A stretch of 64,000 nucleotides of DNA, taken from assembly GCA_012295275.1 (NCBI GenBank), contig CM022678.1:186001-250000 (forward strand). Direction: 5' to 3'. This document shows, piece after piece, positions 52,601 to 64,000 of the stretch. The first letter of the stretch is position 1; the number at the start of each line of letters is the position of its first letter. Source of the DNA: Chrysomallon squamiferum (lineage: Eukaryota; Animalia; Mollusca). The notes beneath the pieces were generated by a model, which was not told the origin of the DNA, did no database searches, and worked only from the letters and a program-made list of their open reading frames with translations. Both the position numbers and the translations under genes were made by a program.

Positions 52601-54857
52601 ATGAAACATTTTCTATAAATTTTGTTGATTATAAAATTAAAAAAACAATAACAACACATCTCTCAAAACTGTATATAAACATTCATAATTTAATATATGC
52701 TAAATTTACCAACTGATTCATTATTTTATTTACAAAATTTGTGTTTATTAAACTAACCATGAAAACTGAGGCTGCAGACAATAGAAACTACAGTACATTG
52801 TCTCCTATGTAACAGGAAAGTTAAACACTTTAAAATACTCATTCCTTTGTTTTAAAATACACAAATAAACATTTACAACAAAATAACTGCATTTATATCA
52901 ATGTAAGTATAGGCATGTGTGTGTGTGTGCATGTGTCTGTGGGTGTGTGTATATGTCTATGTGTTTGTGTGTGTGTGTATATGTGTACTTATTGATATAT
53001 TATTTACAAACTGCAACTTCATATATTAAATTAAATTAAGCTTCATTAGGTTTAGAATAATGAGAAATATAAAAGAAAACAAACTCAAATTCACCAGCTC
53101 AGAATTGTTCTCTTTTGCAATGGCAGCAGTACAAACTTTATTTAACCAGAAAATAACTGTGACCTCAGTGTCTGATGGAAGTTCAATGGATGTGTTAAAA
53201 GTTGCAGTTTGTCTGAAAGTTTAAACATTTCTTGTTCAAAATGCTGAATGAAAAGTCTGAGGTGTCATTGCATTATATGATAAATTATACAAAATATGCA
53301 GCCCAGATTTCATTCTGCATCTGCCTCTGTTCTCTGTCTTGCCATTCCTTCATCCTCTCTCCTCATACATTCCTACATTTACATATTTAACTGCAGTCAT
53401 CATAATACTTCTCCTTCTTAGTGATCAAAGTAGAAGGATGAATGGCATTAAATACATCTCAACAATAAAATAAATAAACTTTAACACACCAAAACAAACT
53501 CATTTTAATCAAAGTTTAGCATTTAACAAGATAATATATAAAAAATAAATAAATAAATAAATAAATAAAAACAACATACCTGACAGCTTGAACAGCATGT
53601 TCTACTGAAACAACTTCACTGGCATACGCCAACATCAGCACATGAGTTAGAGCTGTACATGCATACCTAGAAAAGTAAAAAGCAATAATAAACAAACAGT
53701 TTTAAATAAATAAATAATACTTCTGACTTTTGTGATTAATAAATTATGTTACCGAGTAATGCAACAAAACAACAGCAAATAACTGAATATTATTACACTA
53801 TTTTATAATTAATTAACAACTACTACAAAACTTATTTTACTCTCTAAGACACAAAAATAAAAAAAACTTACAACTGAGAATGGTGCAGACTACATGAGAA
53901 TGGTTTCTGTAAAAACAGCTGATTCATCCTTCTCCATGATGTAAATTCCCTTTCTAGACAACACCTGAATAATACTGCAGTGAGATACATAAAATATTTA
54001 CCATCAATATTAAATATAAAGTTTAGTAATTTTTATAACAAAATGCATTTATCTGACAAATGTAGATCAATATATACATATATATAATTTTCTTTAATTA
54101 TTGTTGCATAGATCAGTGCTTTTAAAGTTTCATTTTACTGCATGGTTTTCACATGCATGATTGCTAAAGACAGATTCCTTCTCTCCAAAAAAGCTGTGGT
54201 AGGACTTATGTACCTTTGGCTGAATGAGATTACAATTTCACGTGCTAAATTCAAACTAATATATGCTTGAAAAGTAGTAAATTAATGTTGTTGACCCTTA
54301 TATTGCCTTAAGATGTTGTTTAGCTTCTTGCTGAGAAACAGACTGAAAATGTATTTGTATGCAAAGAAAAATACCAGCCAGTCTGTAGTTTTGTGTGTAC
54401 TATGCTGCTGCAAGAGAAACAAATAACTTTAATGTTACAAAATTTTCCAAAAAATTATTTTCCTATTAAATTACATATCAGAAAAAAACACCCAATAAAA
54501 ACAGATTAAAATCACTCCAAGGTATTTTTGATAACTTTGATATGAAAAAGATTTCGAATATGTATCTGAATAAAATTTACTTGCATTTTTCTTTCAAAAT
54601 CAATGGAAAACCAGTAATTAATTTTGGTCATTTGACAACATAAACAATGTGTATTGTATACATGTTAAAGCCAAAGCTACATATATCCAAATTAAGGTAC
54701 AGTTACTTCCATTTCTTGACCTTTTTTCATACAAACTTAGTGCTTAATGTGGAAGCAAAACTGAAAGTGAGTTACATATATGATCTGTATTTTAAGGTCC
54801 ATACGTAATCAGATACATGAACACATTATGTCTATATAAACTCTCTAATATTTGTCA

Positions 54858-54888
<31 letters not shown>

Positions 54889-54891
54889 CAG

Positions 54892-54924
<33 letters not shown>

Positions 54925-55670
54925 AATTAGAAAATCTCAAGATTATATTTAGATTTATATGTTAATGGAATATCTGTAGTTAATATATGGAAAGAAATGC
55001 AGCTAATGAAAATAGGTTCATAGATAATCTGGTTTTATGTTAGAGAAAGACAAGATCATCCATCTTTGTCACAGTAGCTGTGTAACCAGTTATGATTACA
55101 ATCAGACTTTCTCTGCACAACTGCAAATTAGATAAGATTTGCACTTTAACAGTTAATTATGCAAGATTTTTTTTCTCTAGATTTTTTTTTTTTTTTAATA
55201 CAAAACTAACATTTATTCCAGTAATTATGACACAAATTTACACACATGCAGACAACTGATAAAGTAAAATTATTCGAATAAACAAGTGACTCAGCATAAT
55301 TCCACATCTAACAGTTAATTTTTTAAACCTTGTAAATTTATTTCGGAGTTATTAGTTTGTATTATAGTAATGTGTTTTTCTGATAGTTAATAAGTAAAAT
55401 ATGACATAACTGACTGCTAAAGTGCAAATCAGATAGATTCACTATTCTGTTTCTAACCTTCACACTCTACAACACTCAAGCAAACATCCCTGCAGTAACT
55501 GAAATAATCAGTGATGGTTTCACTGGACATTTCCAGTATCATCTGATCACTGCAGTCTCTGTCAATGTGATGGAGGTTACTGGTGTATCCTCTATATTGG
55601 ACTTAATTTTGTTTCTACAACCTGTTCTTCTCTGTGGTCTCCTTTGCCTTTCTACCACTTATGGTAACTA
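49330..55670 (-). pseudogene. Decayed multi-exon gene of unknown family
   Basis: Several higher-GC blocks bounded by minus-strand AG/GT sites (about 55447-55670, 53872-53977, 53580-53667, 51958-52161, 51256-51302, 50717-50824, 49330-50099); translations are interrupted by stops. Confidence 0.35.
52278..52551 (-). repeat. Inverted copy of the 6948-7221 repeat, flanked on both sides by (GA)n
   Basis: Reverse-complement match to 6948-7221. Confidence 0.9.
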
Positions 55671-56750
55671 TTTGACATAAAAATAAAAATAAATTTTAAA
55701 ACAGAATCAAACTCAAAGTTATGGTACCAGTCAGTTTTATCACTTCTATCCAGAATAACTGCTCTTGTATTCTAACCCTAACCTCAGCAATTACTAATTT
55801 TTGGGCCCCAGTATATGACAAACGAAATGGAAAATAGAATAAATGGCTCCAAAATAAATGATTTCTGCATAACTGGAAAGAGTATGGGGAAAATTTACAA
55901 AATTTATGGTGGTAACTTGAAAAATAATGGAGTAATGGCAATATTTTATCCGATAATTTCGGCAATTTTCCTCCTTTTTTCAAACTTCACTGATGAAATG
56001 CTGTGATTTTAATTCATTAAAATTCTAATATTGTCTTATTATTATTATTATTATTATTATAAATAAATAAAATTACCCAATCAAATGGCACTTTTTAGTA
56101 TGTGTAACAACAGGCGGCCACAATCATTAATGATAATCGTAACAGTTTGTTTAATTTATGATTCGTAACAACAAATCAAGATGATTTTTGACTTAATGTA
56201 AATATTAAAAAAACGGTGACAGTCGGCCGAGTCGCCGTATTTTGGTAATATTTTAAACAAAGTTAAACATCTAGATGAACTTTTTTTTTTCGATGTGAGA
56301 GACATTCATCTTTTGTTTTTCATCTAAAAGTGAAATTGTCAAGTCCGTGTTAATCAAGGTAATGAAAAAACAATTACTTATATAACTTAGCAAACCTGAT
56401 AAAAGTGATATAATTTGACACGATTTCTTAATTTTCTACTTTTTTCATGCCATAAGCTACATATGTTTTAATTGTTAAAATCCATGATAACTTAATAAGA
56501 TCAACATAAATCCATGACAACTTGATAACATCAAATATTAATCCTCGCTTCCAAGAAAAACTCTACACTTGTCACGTACCTTTAAATATGGCGGACCAAA
56601 AAAAGGTGCCCGTCACGTGTACGACATATCCTTATTAGAGTTGTTTCCCTTACACCGTTAACAACTGTGCCATTTCACATTGTTGTAAAATACAGTATAA
56701 AAAGCGTTTTATAAATGAAAATCTAACCATTACTTTTATAGGAAGCCGAC

Positions 56751-56785
<35 letters not shown>

Positions 56786-56844
56786 TTTTTTTTTTTTTTA
56801 GGTGATAACATTTTCGTATTTCAACAACAACATTATCTTTATAA

Positions 56845-56880
<36 letters not shown>

Positions 56881-57072
56881 GCTTGGTGAAGAAAACTGGA
56901 AAAACCAGAACTCCGAAGCTTAGCGATAATTGGTCTGGTATCATTAATAACAACAACAAGAACAGTAGTGGTAGTAACAAAAACCTGTTTAATTATGGTA
57001 ACAAAATACGGAATTCCCTTCATTTATTTTTATCACCGGACGTAAAATTTTGACGAAACTGGATATTTATTA

Positions 57073-57405
57073 TGCTAAAGTGAGCTAGCGAACATTTCCA
57101 GCGAACTTTTAGAACCGTAACGTCAAAGAATTATCGGTTGGTTATTGGACATGTTGTCATTAGCAATAACTGTATGATCAAGTATTTGCTATTGTTTTTC
57201 CTTTTCAGTTCCAACATAAAGGTGTAATAACCAGCAGACGTATCGACTCCGAAAAAAACAAATACAAAAAAATAAAAAATAAAAAATAAATAAATAAATA
57301 AAAATTGTTTTATTTATTTATTTATTGATGTATTTATTTATTTATATATTTATTTATTGTCACATGCATTGTCATGCAAAAAAAAACAACAAAAGTAGTA
57401 GTAGT

Positions 57406-57455
<50 letters not shown>

Positions 57456-57656
57456 AGAAGAAGAAGAAGAAGAAGAAGAAGAAATAAGAAAATAAATAAA
57501 TAAGAAATGAAAAAGTTGTAAAACTAAGGGGTTTTGTTTGCTAAACTTCATTTACTGTCATCATTTCACTTTGCTTTAGCTTAATTTGTATTTCTTTTGA
57601 AAAATTCAAGCTTATCAATTATTTATTTATTTATTTACTTATTTCTTCTTCTTCTT

Positions 57657-57687
<31 letters not shown>

Positions 57688-58301
57688 TTATTATTATTAT
57701 TATTATTCCATATATAGTTCAGTTTTATTTGAAAATTTATTAAGTTGATTTGAATAACCAGAACTGAATTTTTAAGCTATTTGTAGTTAATAAAGAATTT
57801 TTATTATTATTTTATAAACAATAAAATCTTATAATGATTTTTTATGTCATATTTTTATATTGTTTATTTATTTATTTAATTTTTATTTAATTTTTAAATA
57901 TTTTTTAGTGAGACAGAATGAAAGCAATAACATTTTTTGCACACACACACACACATTATATATATTATTTAAAAGAAATAACTTGAACAAATAATTAGTT
58001 TGTTTTTTGGCATGATGGATCCTATCAAAGGCAATAAACAGCTGTCACCCATCATGATGCAGATACTCATTTCTACATCCAACAATTTTACTGTCAGTGA
58101 AGGTAAAAATTTCACAAGACATTCTATCTGGAAGTCTGTGAAAGTTCAATGCATTTCCTTTAGAATTTGTGCAAGAAAAACTCAATAGTTAAAAATAAAT
58201 AAGATAATTTGTAATTTAAATTTTTTGTTGATGTTGCTGCTGATTTTTTTTTTTAACTGACTTTTGCAAGAACAAGGGACGAACATTTGTTTCAGAATGT
58301 G

Positions 58302-58332
<31 letters not shown>

Positions 58333-59822
58333 AAATTTTGCTGTTTCCTGAAGAGAAACAGTTTTGTCTCAGATCAGCAGAAAAATTCAAATATGGCGTA
58401 CAAATTAAATGAACTGTCACACTTGTGATTTGTTGAGAATATAATAAATTATGTGATATTTGTATTGTGTTATTTTTTTTTTCTATTTACAATTATGTAG
58501 GCTTTGCTATACATTTTGTCACCCATATCAAGACACTTTGTAATAAATACTGTTTGTATTACTGTTTTTTCTAATACCTTGAACTTCAAAGGCCATTTGT
58601 GCAAATCATAGTTATGTCAACTTAGAATTAACTTAATTCCACTTTTTTTTATTTTTTTTTTTTTTTTTAAAACAAAATAATAATAATAATAAAATATCTT
58701 ATTCAATGTATTCAGTAATTTATTTAAATACACCATCTATCAGATTTAAGCAACATCCTTCTTAAGATTTTGTCTAAATTACAAATATCAATGTGATAAT
58801 TAATACCAACAATTAATGTCTGGCCTCCAATTTAAGTTCTTAAATAATATTAACAATTTGTAATAAAAGTAAATAAATACCAGTTCTGTAATAAAAACAA
58901 GTAAAACAAATAAATAACACATCATCACAACAAACTTTTGCTTCTTTAAGCAGTTGACAATGTCCAAAATGTGTTCCAGAAAACCCCAAGAAACAAACCA
59001 TAAAGAACATAATCAAAATCCCACCTCAAAAACCCCTAAAAAAACAAAAACTAAACAACAACAAAATAATAGAAATAAGAATTTATTCAAAAACAAATAA
59101 GACTAAGAAACAAAATAATAATTAAGTGCATTTTAAAGAACTGAAATCAAATAAAAAAATAAATAAACCAAAATGGCTTCTCATTTGAGGTTATTGTATT
59201 CAGAAAAAAACTTACCAGTGATGTAAATTTAAACAATTCCAAAATATAACTGATCATTTCTGGTCATTCTCATCCTAGCTTACTCAGTTTAACATGTAAT
59301 GCAATGCTTTTCCAACAGAATTATGAAACAAAGCAGAGAATAATTTGGATACTTGTAACCTACTTACAAATGTTTCATGTTATTCAAAATACAAAATAAT
59401 TAAAATCAATGTGGTTCATCGACCTTAAAGAATTTCAGATAAAATGCAAAGTATTTTGAATTGCTTTAGGAAATGGTTACAACCTACATTAATGATTTAG
59501 TAGACAAAAATGTATAAAGTATAATGCAAAATGCTCTTAATTTCAGATTATTTGAAATACATCTAATTATAAACTTCCAGAAAAACAATGAATCTAATCA
59601 ATGGGCACTTTAATACTTTTGTTAAATTGTAAACTATGCCTTTGTTACTAATAATTAGCTAATGGCACACACATGTTTGTTTCAACAAATTATGTTTAGC
59701 TATCATGACACTCAAGTGTTAAATAGTGGTTTTCTTCATTTTCTATCTTGAGAGGCTCATAAAAAACAACTTCAGATACATCAGTACAGACTATATGAGA
59801 AAATACATTTAAATAATTAATA

Positions 59823-59870
<48 letters not shown>

Positions 59871-61078
59871 TACAGAAATGTAATGCATATCACCATGAAA
59901 TTCCCTGCTGGAATCTGATTCATGTGATAATAACTCTAACTTTTGCAACTAACTTTATTTCATTTTAAAAGAAACTATTTGTTTTCTGTTAAGATAATGC
60001 AGTATTTGTTTACCAATTCCATGTCTGTATAAAAATAAGTTTGGATATTTAGGAATACACTTATTAGTTAAAATATCTTTTGCTACAGCAGAAACAATTT
60101 CTGCAGCTACTGGTATCAGTTTGTGTGGGAAAACCTGGCATTTCAGAGTAATTAACAAAAAACCACAGAGTGATATTTAATGGTTTTCCATAATACATCT
60201 TATGTTCCAGCATTAAATACATGAACATATGAAAAATGACTTCATTGTTTTTTACTCCCAAATGAATCACAGTAGCACAGTACTTTAATAGGTATGTCTA
60301 TTACTATTATTGTCCAATGAGTGTTTCTTTCATTCAAAGGTACAACATATTTATAATCAAACCATCTTTGCTTTCTGCAATGCGAAATGTCCATCTAGAT
60401 TGATCTGTATCACCATTAACACAAATCTTCTGACCAAACCAAGCACAATCTACCATGTGAATATTTTGATTTTTCAGTTGTTTTTATAGTACAGACATGA
60501 ATACATTAATATGGCTACTATTAAGGCAGCAATCATGTTGAAGAATATTGTTTAAGAAATCTGCATTTACTGTTACATCAATTTCAGTGCTAACAAAATA
60601 TTCCAGTGTTTGCTTCTTTATTGAATTATAATCAATGCGAAGCTCAGTTTGTTTCCTAATCAATTTTTTCTTACTAAAATGTAATGTCTCTAATGATACT
60701 CTGTTTATTATATTTTTGCCATAAAATAATAGCAATGATCTGCATGCTTGTAAATCTGTTACATTTATATCATTTACAGGTTTCATTTCACCATTTTTTT
60801 AACTTCCATTTTTAATAAACTGTCACCATCACAAGAATCCATTTTCTCATAATGGGAAATTATTATTATCATCATCAGAAGTATCATCTTCTGGTGTAAC
60901 CGTCTCATAAACATTGTCCTCAAAACCTTGCTCTTCCTCACAAGTCTGATCTTCAGCTGACATATCAGTCTGAAATGTTTTGTTACAGTCTCGTTAAAAA
61001 ACCCAGGCTCTACAAAAATTAACCTTCATCACAGCAAAGTACATGAGCAATGTTCTTATATAAAAGTAAAATAAATAA

Positions 61079-61166
<88 letters not shown>

Positions 61167-62538
61167 CTACCTGAAGTGTGTCGTCCCATCCAAATGTCAC
61201 AATCCATCTGTGGATAAGGAATTTTAGTAAATGACTGACATTTTCCACTTTTCATACACTGAAGAAATAAAGTGACACAACTTTTTATAATATTATGAAA
61301 AACCTATAGAAATTAAGAATGTGCCTATGATCTGCTCATGAAAAAGGTAACAAATAGTAAAAATAATAGTTTATTCTAATGTGGCAGTTTTGATATATCA
61401 GTTAGTGAGAACACATACACACCAATAAAGTTTATTAGGATTACTGATACATATAAGAACATAAACAGAAAGAACATTACCTACACAAAATAATGCATCA
61501 AAAATGTTCAAAACTCTAATCTAAATTAAAGAGATTTATGTCACAGCATAAAAAGAAGGTCGATATTGCTAATGTTGACTTACAGGAACACCCCCTGTGA
61601 AACCCGTGCTACTCTTAAGCTCAATTTTGTGAAACTAATTTCTATGCAGTTCCTAAGACTACATACTAATATGGTTTATACCACATATAGAGATTTATGT
61701 CACAGCATTTAATTCTGTCTGGAAAAAGAAGTTCAATATTGCCAATGACGAGTTACATGTGCACACTCTGGAAAAAACCCAATGCCCTTAAACCAAGTTT
61801 GTTGATGCACACGTCCATGCATTTTCTAAATGTGCTCTTATTATGGATTAGATGATATACAATTATTTATGTTATAGCATTTAAGTGTCTGTTAGTCACA
61901 ACTGAAGTGGTTTATACAGTCCTTTATAGAAGCATCCCTAACAGTTTAGACCTTTGTTGTTAAATGTATTTTCAATAGCCAGACATAAGATTATGATACA
62001 CTGTTTGAAATAGGATTAACTTTAAACTTACGTGAATGGCTTTGATTCTTGAAATAGATTCTTATCATTAACAGACTTCTGCTGCCATCTCCTTTTTATA
62101 ACCAGTCTCGAAAAGGAACGACTGGGATCTACAAATAAGACAAATTTGCTCATTATCAAAAATGATCAAAAATGAGGTAAATATATCTGATATATCTGGA
62201 AATAAAAATATTAGAAATGGTGATTAAGAATACAGTAAACAGGTAGTATAAAACTGAGCTAGCGAACAATATGTCCGATGTGGAATGATACATAACAAAC
62301 ACCATATTTCTAAAATAAATTGCATTACATATTTGGAATTTTAATTTTGCTACAGATTTCAAACACGTATGCGTTTTTTAATAATAAAAGTGAGAATGTT
62401 TCATACCTCTAAAATGTAAACTTTTATTGAAACTGCGAACTATTTGTTCGAAAGAACTGACGTGCGATAAATTATTCACTGGAGTTATCGTTCGCTGGTT
62501 TCACAGCGGCTGGAATTGTTCGCTGCTTTATTTTAGTG
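57073..62538 (-). mobile_element. Decayed CACTA/EnSpm (CMC)-like DNA transposon
   Basis: Imperfect inverted termini TGCTAAAGTGAGCTAGCGAACATTTCCAGC and revcomp CACTAAAATAAAGCAGCGAACAATTCCAGC. Subterminal AGCGAAC repeats occur in both orientations. Internal minus-strand remnants include spliced exons, a CNKTF zinc-finger-like fragment, an acidic tract and fragments such as CRNCFC and HGIGKQIL. Confidence 0.5.
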
Positions 62539-64000
62539 GAATTTGCGTCACTTCGATAGTTTTGAGTTTTACTTCCTTTTCTACTGGAGGTAAGGACAAC
62601 ATACTATATTGTTTTTCGTAGTGATGTTGATTCTTTATTTCTTTCACAGTACAAAAAATGTGTTTTATTTTATTTTATTTTATTTATAAATCCCAAATAT
62701 CATAAAAAAATAATTTTGTTGGCACTATAATCCAAGGGGTATATAATATATAAACCAAAGCAATTTAGTTTTTAAATACAGTAGTTAAAAAAACAAAACA
62801 ACATATTACAATGAAAACTGTTTTCAAAATGGTCTTTTAAGACCTAAACAAGTAGTTAAACATTAAAGAAGTAACTGTGAACATTGCACGTGTGTGTATG
62901 TTATTAACATAATTTTTCGAAGTAAAAACAATAATGGATATACATCATGATCATCATGATGCTATATTTTTGGGGTCAGTGCCTACAAATAAATGTATCT
63001 AGTCATCATATCTTGCCTATATAGACTGTCAAAGTTCTTTATATTGCTGACATTGGTGTTCAACTAATGGATTGAGTGATAAAACAAGTTTACTGAGATA
63101 ATTAATTACTACATACTACAAACCTCAAAACAAGATCCAAAATGCCTCATTCCTTGCCTGCTCAGTAGTACAAGCGACTAGTAAAACTATACTGAGTTAT
63201 AAAAATGTGTTTTGTTTGTTTGTTGTTGTTTTTTTGTTTTTGTTTTTTTAATGTATCATAATCAAGTATTAAGAAATGAATTAATAATAACAACAATAAT
63301 TATAGTAACAATAATAGTTTTAGTCACACACATGTAATGTACCTTTATAAGTCTTAGACAAATTGTAATCCTTCATAGATGCACATACAACAGATGACCC
63401 ATAATAAAACAGTACACAGAAGCACATTGCATTTCTCGATAGTTATTTTGATTTTCTCCCTATCTAGTTCATTTTATTTTCTTGATATCTAGTAATTTTG
63501 ATTTTCTTCATATCTAAGTATTTGGATTTCCTCAGTAGAGAGAAGCTTTTGTAAAAAAAAAACAAAAAAACCCCATGAATAATGATGTAGTAACAGTTTG
63601 ACACATTTCCTTTTTATTAACTGAAATTCTGTGTAGGAAAAGATAAAGTAATTCACCAGTGAAACTAAACACACCAACAATTTGGATATGGAAAGACTTC
63701 CAAGACTGTTTGAGAAAAGAAAATGTTTAATGTATATTTTATGTATTTTATTTTATTTTCTAAATGAAAATTGACACATGTATTAATAATACATAAAATC
63801 TGAAAACATCTGTTTTGTTTTGTTCTGTTGACAGGACTGAAGAGTTGTATGACCAGTGAGAGACAACTGGTTTAACATACAACAGCTAAAATCTAAAGAT
63901 GGGTTAAAGTGAGTTGTAAGTAAGTAAATGTTTTGAGAGTAAGGTATTCATGTGTATATGTGATTCTGCAGCAAGTTTTATAATGAACAACAACAAAGAG

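Noticed and set aside
55470-55540. Merlin/IS1595-like transposase motif (TITDYFSYCRDVC)
   Set aside because: It resembles the DWxNFCRxVC pattern, but the expected downstream GG...EIDES catalytic motif was not found; too short to call.
56570-56660. Promoter (aatatggcgg YY1-like motif, gtcacgtg E-box)
   Set aside because: Short motifs with no assignable intact gene; not supportable without transcription data.

Overview
AT-rich, microsatellite-rich animal DNA with spliceosomal introns, probably from a mollusc or other lophotrochozoan (inferred from gene content). Two 200-N scaffold gaps lie at 4929-5128 and 38067-38266. The main content is two minus-strand paralogues of an NLR-like gene. Copy B (about 25941 to 15405, with a frameshifted tail to about 13980) splices into a predicted 1810-aa protein: triplicated basic exons, a 117-bp symmetric exon with a RHIM/cRHIM-like motif (SNCRNVVFGNQ), a STAND NTPase of the nSTAND3 type, and an ankyrin array built from 231-bp two-ankyrin units with a variable acidic/aromatic insert. 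Copy A (3100 to window start) has two 1-bp frameshifts. The window also holds an intact two-exon BTB-BACK-PHR gene, a 6.2-kb 54/55-bp satellite whose single-monomer counterpart lies at about 5925, a 70-bp hAT-like MITE with its empty site, a 93-bp tandem array inside a putative non-autonomous DNA transposon, a decayed CACTA/EnSpm-like element and two decayed multi-exon genes. All calls come from reading the sequence by eye; no searches were run.
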